Positions 62,050 through 64,000 of a DNA stretch of 64,000 nt are shown piece by piece; position 1 is the stretch's first letter; every line of letters begins with the position of its first letter. A model generated the notes under the pieces. That model saw only the letters and a program-made list of their open reading frames with translations, searched no databases and had not been told where the DNA came from. A program made the position numbers and the translations under genes. The stretch is taken from sequence record NC_048048.2. One strand, 5' to 3'.

Positions 62050-62424
62050 ATGGCCAAAACCGAAACCGTCGACCTCGCCCTGGTCATGCTCGATGAGCAA
62101 AAGGCCGCCCTGGGCGCCTCCCGGACCTTCACCTTTCACGAAGTCCGCGCGGCGTTCATCGACGCCAAGGCCCTGACCACGCTTGAGGCCACCTTGCACA
62201 AGATCGCTGAACACGAGTGCAACGGCTATCGCAGCGACATCACCGAACGTTTCGACATCCGCCGCCGCGACAAGGCGCAAGCCGCCGCCACGGCCATTGC
62301 CGAGCGCTACGGCCTGACGCTCGATTTCAACGGCGACCCGCGCGGTTCGGCCCTGAAGATCAAGACCCCGCACACCGGCCGTTACAACGGCTTTGGCGGG
62401 CGTGAGGATGGATGGTGCGTCTAG
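62050..62424 (+). CDS. cassette gene, hypothetical
   Basis: GGAG SD; IAEHECNG...FNGDPRG. Confidence 0.8.
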   Translation: MAKTETVDLALVMLDEQKAALGASRTFTFHEVRAAFIDAKALTTLEATLHKIAEHECNGYRSDITERFDIRRRDKAQAAATAIAERYGLTLDFNGDPRGSALKIKTPHTGRYNGFGGREDGWCV

Positions 62425-62493
62425 CGCCATCCTGACCCCCTTCCACCCCCTGTAGCGCGTCCCTCTCAAACCCCTGGCCCTAGGAGACACCCC

Positions 62494-62664
62494 ATGGCCC
62501 GCACCACCACCCACACCCGCACCGACAAGGCCAAGCGCGAGACGCTGGCGCCGTGGGAATATGACCGCCAGCACAAGGCGGACAAGAAAGCCGCCAAGGC
62601 GTGGCGCACCGATCGCCAAGGCCGCCGCGCCCTGGCCTCTTCGGACGCCTTCAAGGCCCACTAG
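62494..62664 (+). CDS. 56-aa basic protein
   Basis: AGGAGACACCCC leader; MARTTTHTR. Confidence 0.7.
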   Translation: MARTTTHTRTDKAKRETLAPWEYDRQHKADKKAAKAWRTDRQGRRALASSDAFKAH

Positions 62665-62757
62665 GCGGGCTCGAAAAAAGTTCGGCTCGATGCGAGAAAG
62701 CTGTTGACTCGCATCGAGCCCCTATGCGATAAAGGGTCATCAAACGGAGACACCGAC

Positions 62758-62922
62758 ATGACCCACCTGCAACGCGCCACCACCGACCAAGTCACCGTCG
62801 AGCACTACGCCGTTTCGGGCGGTCAACTGACCGTCACCCGCGCCCCCGCCCGCGCCCCGATCTATCGCCTGAACGGCTTCAAGATCACCTACTTCGAGGC
62901 CAAGCGTAAGCTCGCCGCCTAA
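62758..62922 (+). CDS. 54-aa cassette gene
   Basis: conserved leader. Confidence 0.75.
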   Translation: MTHLQRATTDQVTVEHYAVSGGQLTVTRAPARAPIYRLNGFKITYFEAKRKLAA

Positions 62923-62936
62923 GACCCCTCCCCGAT

Positions 62937-62966
62937 AAGGCCCCCTCCCTGGAGCGGGGCCTTTTT
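62937..62966 (+). terminator. intrinsic terminator
   Basis: AAGGCCCC...GGGGCCTTTTT. Confidence 0.7.
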
Positions 62967-63156
62967 CGTGGCCGTTAGCCAAGCGTTAAGGTTAACCCGT
63001 AGGGTTGATTTCGTTAACCTTAATGGGGCGTTAAGGTTAACGGGCCGGCCCAGGCTGTTAACCCTGCGGGCGAAGAAAGTGCGATCCTGTGCAAGAAAGC
63101 TGTTGACTGCATAAGCGTCCTATGCGACAAAGGGTCATCAACAACGGAGCTACCCG

Positions 63157-63327
63157 ATGTCCTTCCGCCTGACCCTCACTGACGAAGCCCGCTTCACCGC
63201 CGCGCGCGGCGCGGTCCGCACCGTCCGCGAACAGGCCCGCCCTGAGCCGGCCAAGGACGGCTCGGGCAAGTACGTCCTGGCCTCGCAAGACGCTCTGTCG
63301 CGCATCCGCGCCGTGCTGGGCAACTAA
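63157..63327 (+). CDS. 56-aa cassette gene
   Basis: GGAG SD after promoter. Confidence 0.7.
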   Translation: MSFRLTLTDEARFTAARGAVRTVREQARPEPAKDGSGKYVLASQDALSRIRAVLGN

Positions 63328-63330
63328 GCC

Positions 63331-63516
63331 ATGAAGGTCACGGCGCACTATGGCAACGGGCTCTCGCGGGTGATCCCCTGCGAGACGCCGCAAGCCGCTC
63401 TGGACGCGATCAAAGCCGCGCTGCGCTATGATCGTTCGGCGACCTTCACGGTTGACAAGCGCCTCACCCAAGGCGCGCCGACCCGCGCGGCCTCCGAACG
63501 GGTTTGGCTGCTGTAG
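63331..63516 (+). CDS. 61-aa hypothetical protein
   Basis: coupled ORF. Confidence 0.65.
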   Translation: MKVTAHYGNGLSRVIPCETPQAALDAIKAALRYDRSATFTVDKRLTQGAPTRAASERVWLL

Positions 63517-63602
63517 AAGAAAAAAGCGAGTCGACGCAAAAAAGCTGTTGACTCGCATAAGGCCCGTATGCGATAAAAGGTCATCAGCAACGGAGACACC
63601 CG

Positions 63603-63800
63603 ATGACCTTCCACCACACCATGATGAGCAAGCTGGACGCGGCCCAACAGTCGGGCGAACTGTCCTATGCCCAGCACGCCGACATGCGCGCCACCCTGCG
63701 CGAGGCGAACATGCGCGGTCAGGTCTTCACCTCGATGATCGAACTGCGCCAAGCCTGCAAGGGCGCGGGCCGCGACTATCAGGGCCGCTTCGCCAGCTAA
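63603..63800 (+). CDS. 65-aa cassette gene
   Basis: conserved leader. Confidence 0.75.
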   Translation: MTFHHTMMSKLDAAQQSGELSYAQHADMRATLREANMRGQVFTSMIELRQACKGAGRDYQGRFAS

Positions 63801-63833
63801 GGCGGCCCAAACCCTCCCAAAGCCCCGACCCCT

Positions 63834-63860
63834 AGGCCCGCCCTTCGAGGCGGGCCTTTT
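63834..63860 (+). terminator. intrinsic terminator
   Basis: AGGCCCGCC-CTTCGA-GGCGGGCCTTTT. Confidence 0.85.
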
Positions 63861-64000
63861 GGCGTCTGCGCCTCGGGGAGGCTCCAAGCCCCCGCCCGCC
63901 GGCGACGGTAAATAAGAAGGTTCCAAGAAAGTATGGCCCTACCGGAAGGGGTCCAGGGACCCAAGGCCGGGGTCTGTTGCATTTCTGCCACAGGCCCCTC

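Larger units (their letters stand above)
43700..63575 (+). promoter_or_regulatory. 23 copies of a conserved phage promoter heading gene cassettes
   Basis: (GCAAGAAA)-NN-CTG-TTGAC(A/T)-(C)-GCAT-N9-ATGCGA(G/C/T)AA with -35 at 43700, 44441, 45516, 46119, 47174, 47868, 49067, 49618, 51111, 51726, 53947, 54424, 55662, 56771, 57929, 58765, 60129, 60679, 61266, 61994, 62704, 63103, 63548. Confidence 0.92.

Noticed and set aside
43531-62922. upstream-extended TTG/ATG starts in the ORF track (MTRIAALCEK..., MREK...)
   Set aside because: these translate the repeated promoter itself; true starts follow the GGAGACACCC leader
43700-63860. true integron with attC sites
   Set aside because: no integrase in the window and no GTTRRRY/RYYYAAC bottom-strand hairpin pairs identified; each cassette has its own promoter
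1-64000. tRNA or rRNA genes
   Set aside because: none recognised by eye in the intergenic gaps; tRNAscan-SE was not run

Overview
This is a window of a large, GC-rich dsDNA phage genome. It is most consistent with a phiCbK-like Caulobacter giant siphovirus; this is inferred from alphaproteobacterial TTGAC/GCTAGAT promoters, CtrA-type TTAA-N7-TTAA boxes and gene content, with no database search run. Almost all genes are on the + strand. 1-31.7 kb is a densely coupled run of about 75 small accessory genes. These include an NadE-like enzyme, an HNH-RNA ligase fusion, an HNH nuclease, a lone ABC-type ATPase, a MazG-like protein, multi-HTH and winged-helix proteins, several paralog families and four proteins with clear Tat signal peptides. 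31.7-32.7 kb is an AT-rich repeat region (candidate origin). 32.7-42.3 kb carries 13 consecutive tiny membrane-protein genes, a RuvC-like resolvase, TerS, TerL with a Pro-initiated intein in its Walker A motif, and an HslV-like Ntn hydrolase. 42.3-43.5 kb is non-coding, with three distinct repeat arrays (probable long-terminal-repeat boundary). 43.5-64 kb is an array of about 23 transcription cassettes built as terminator, CtrA-type box, near-identical promoter with an internal palindrome, conserved leader, then 1-4 small genes. The array includes an SSB-tail mimic, an ArdA-like protein, three copies of a 20-aa hydrophobic peptide and a structured antisense ncRNA. No tRNA, rRNA or CRISPR array was recognised.
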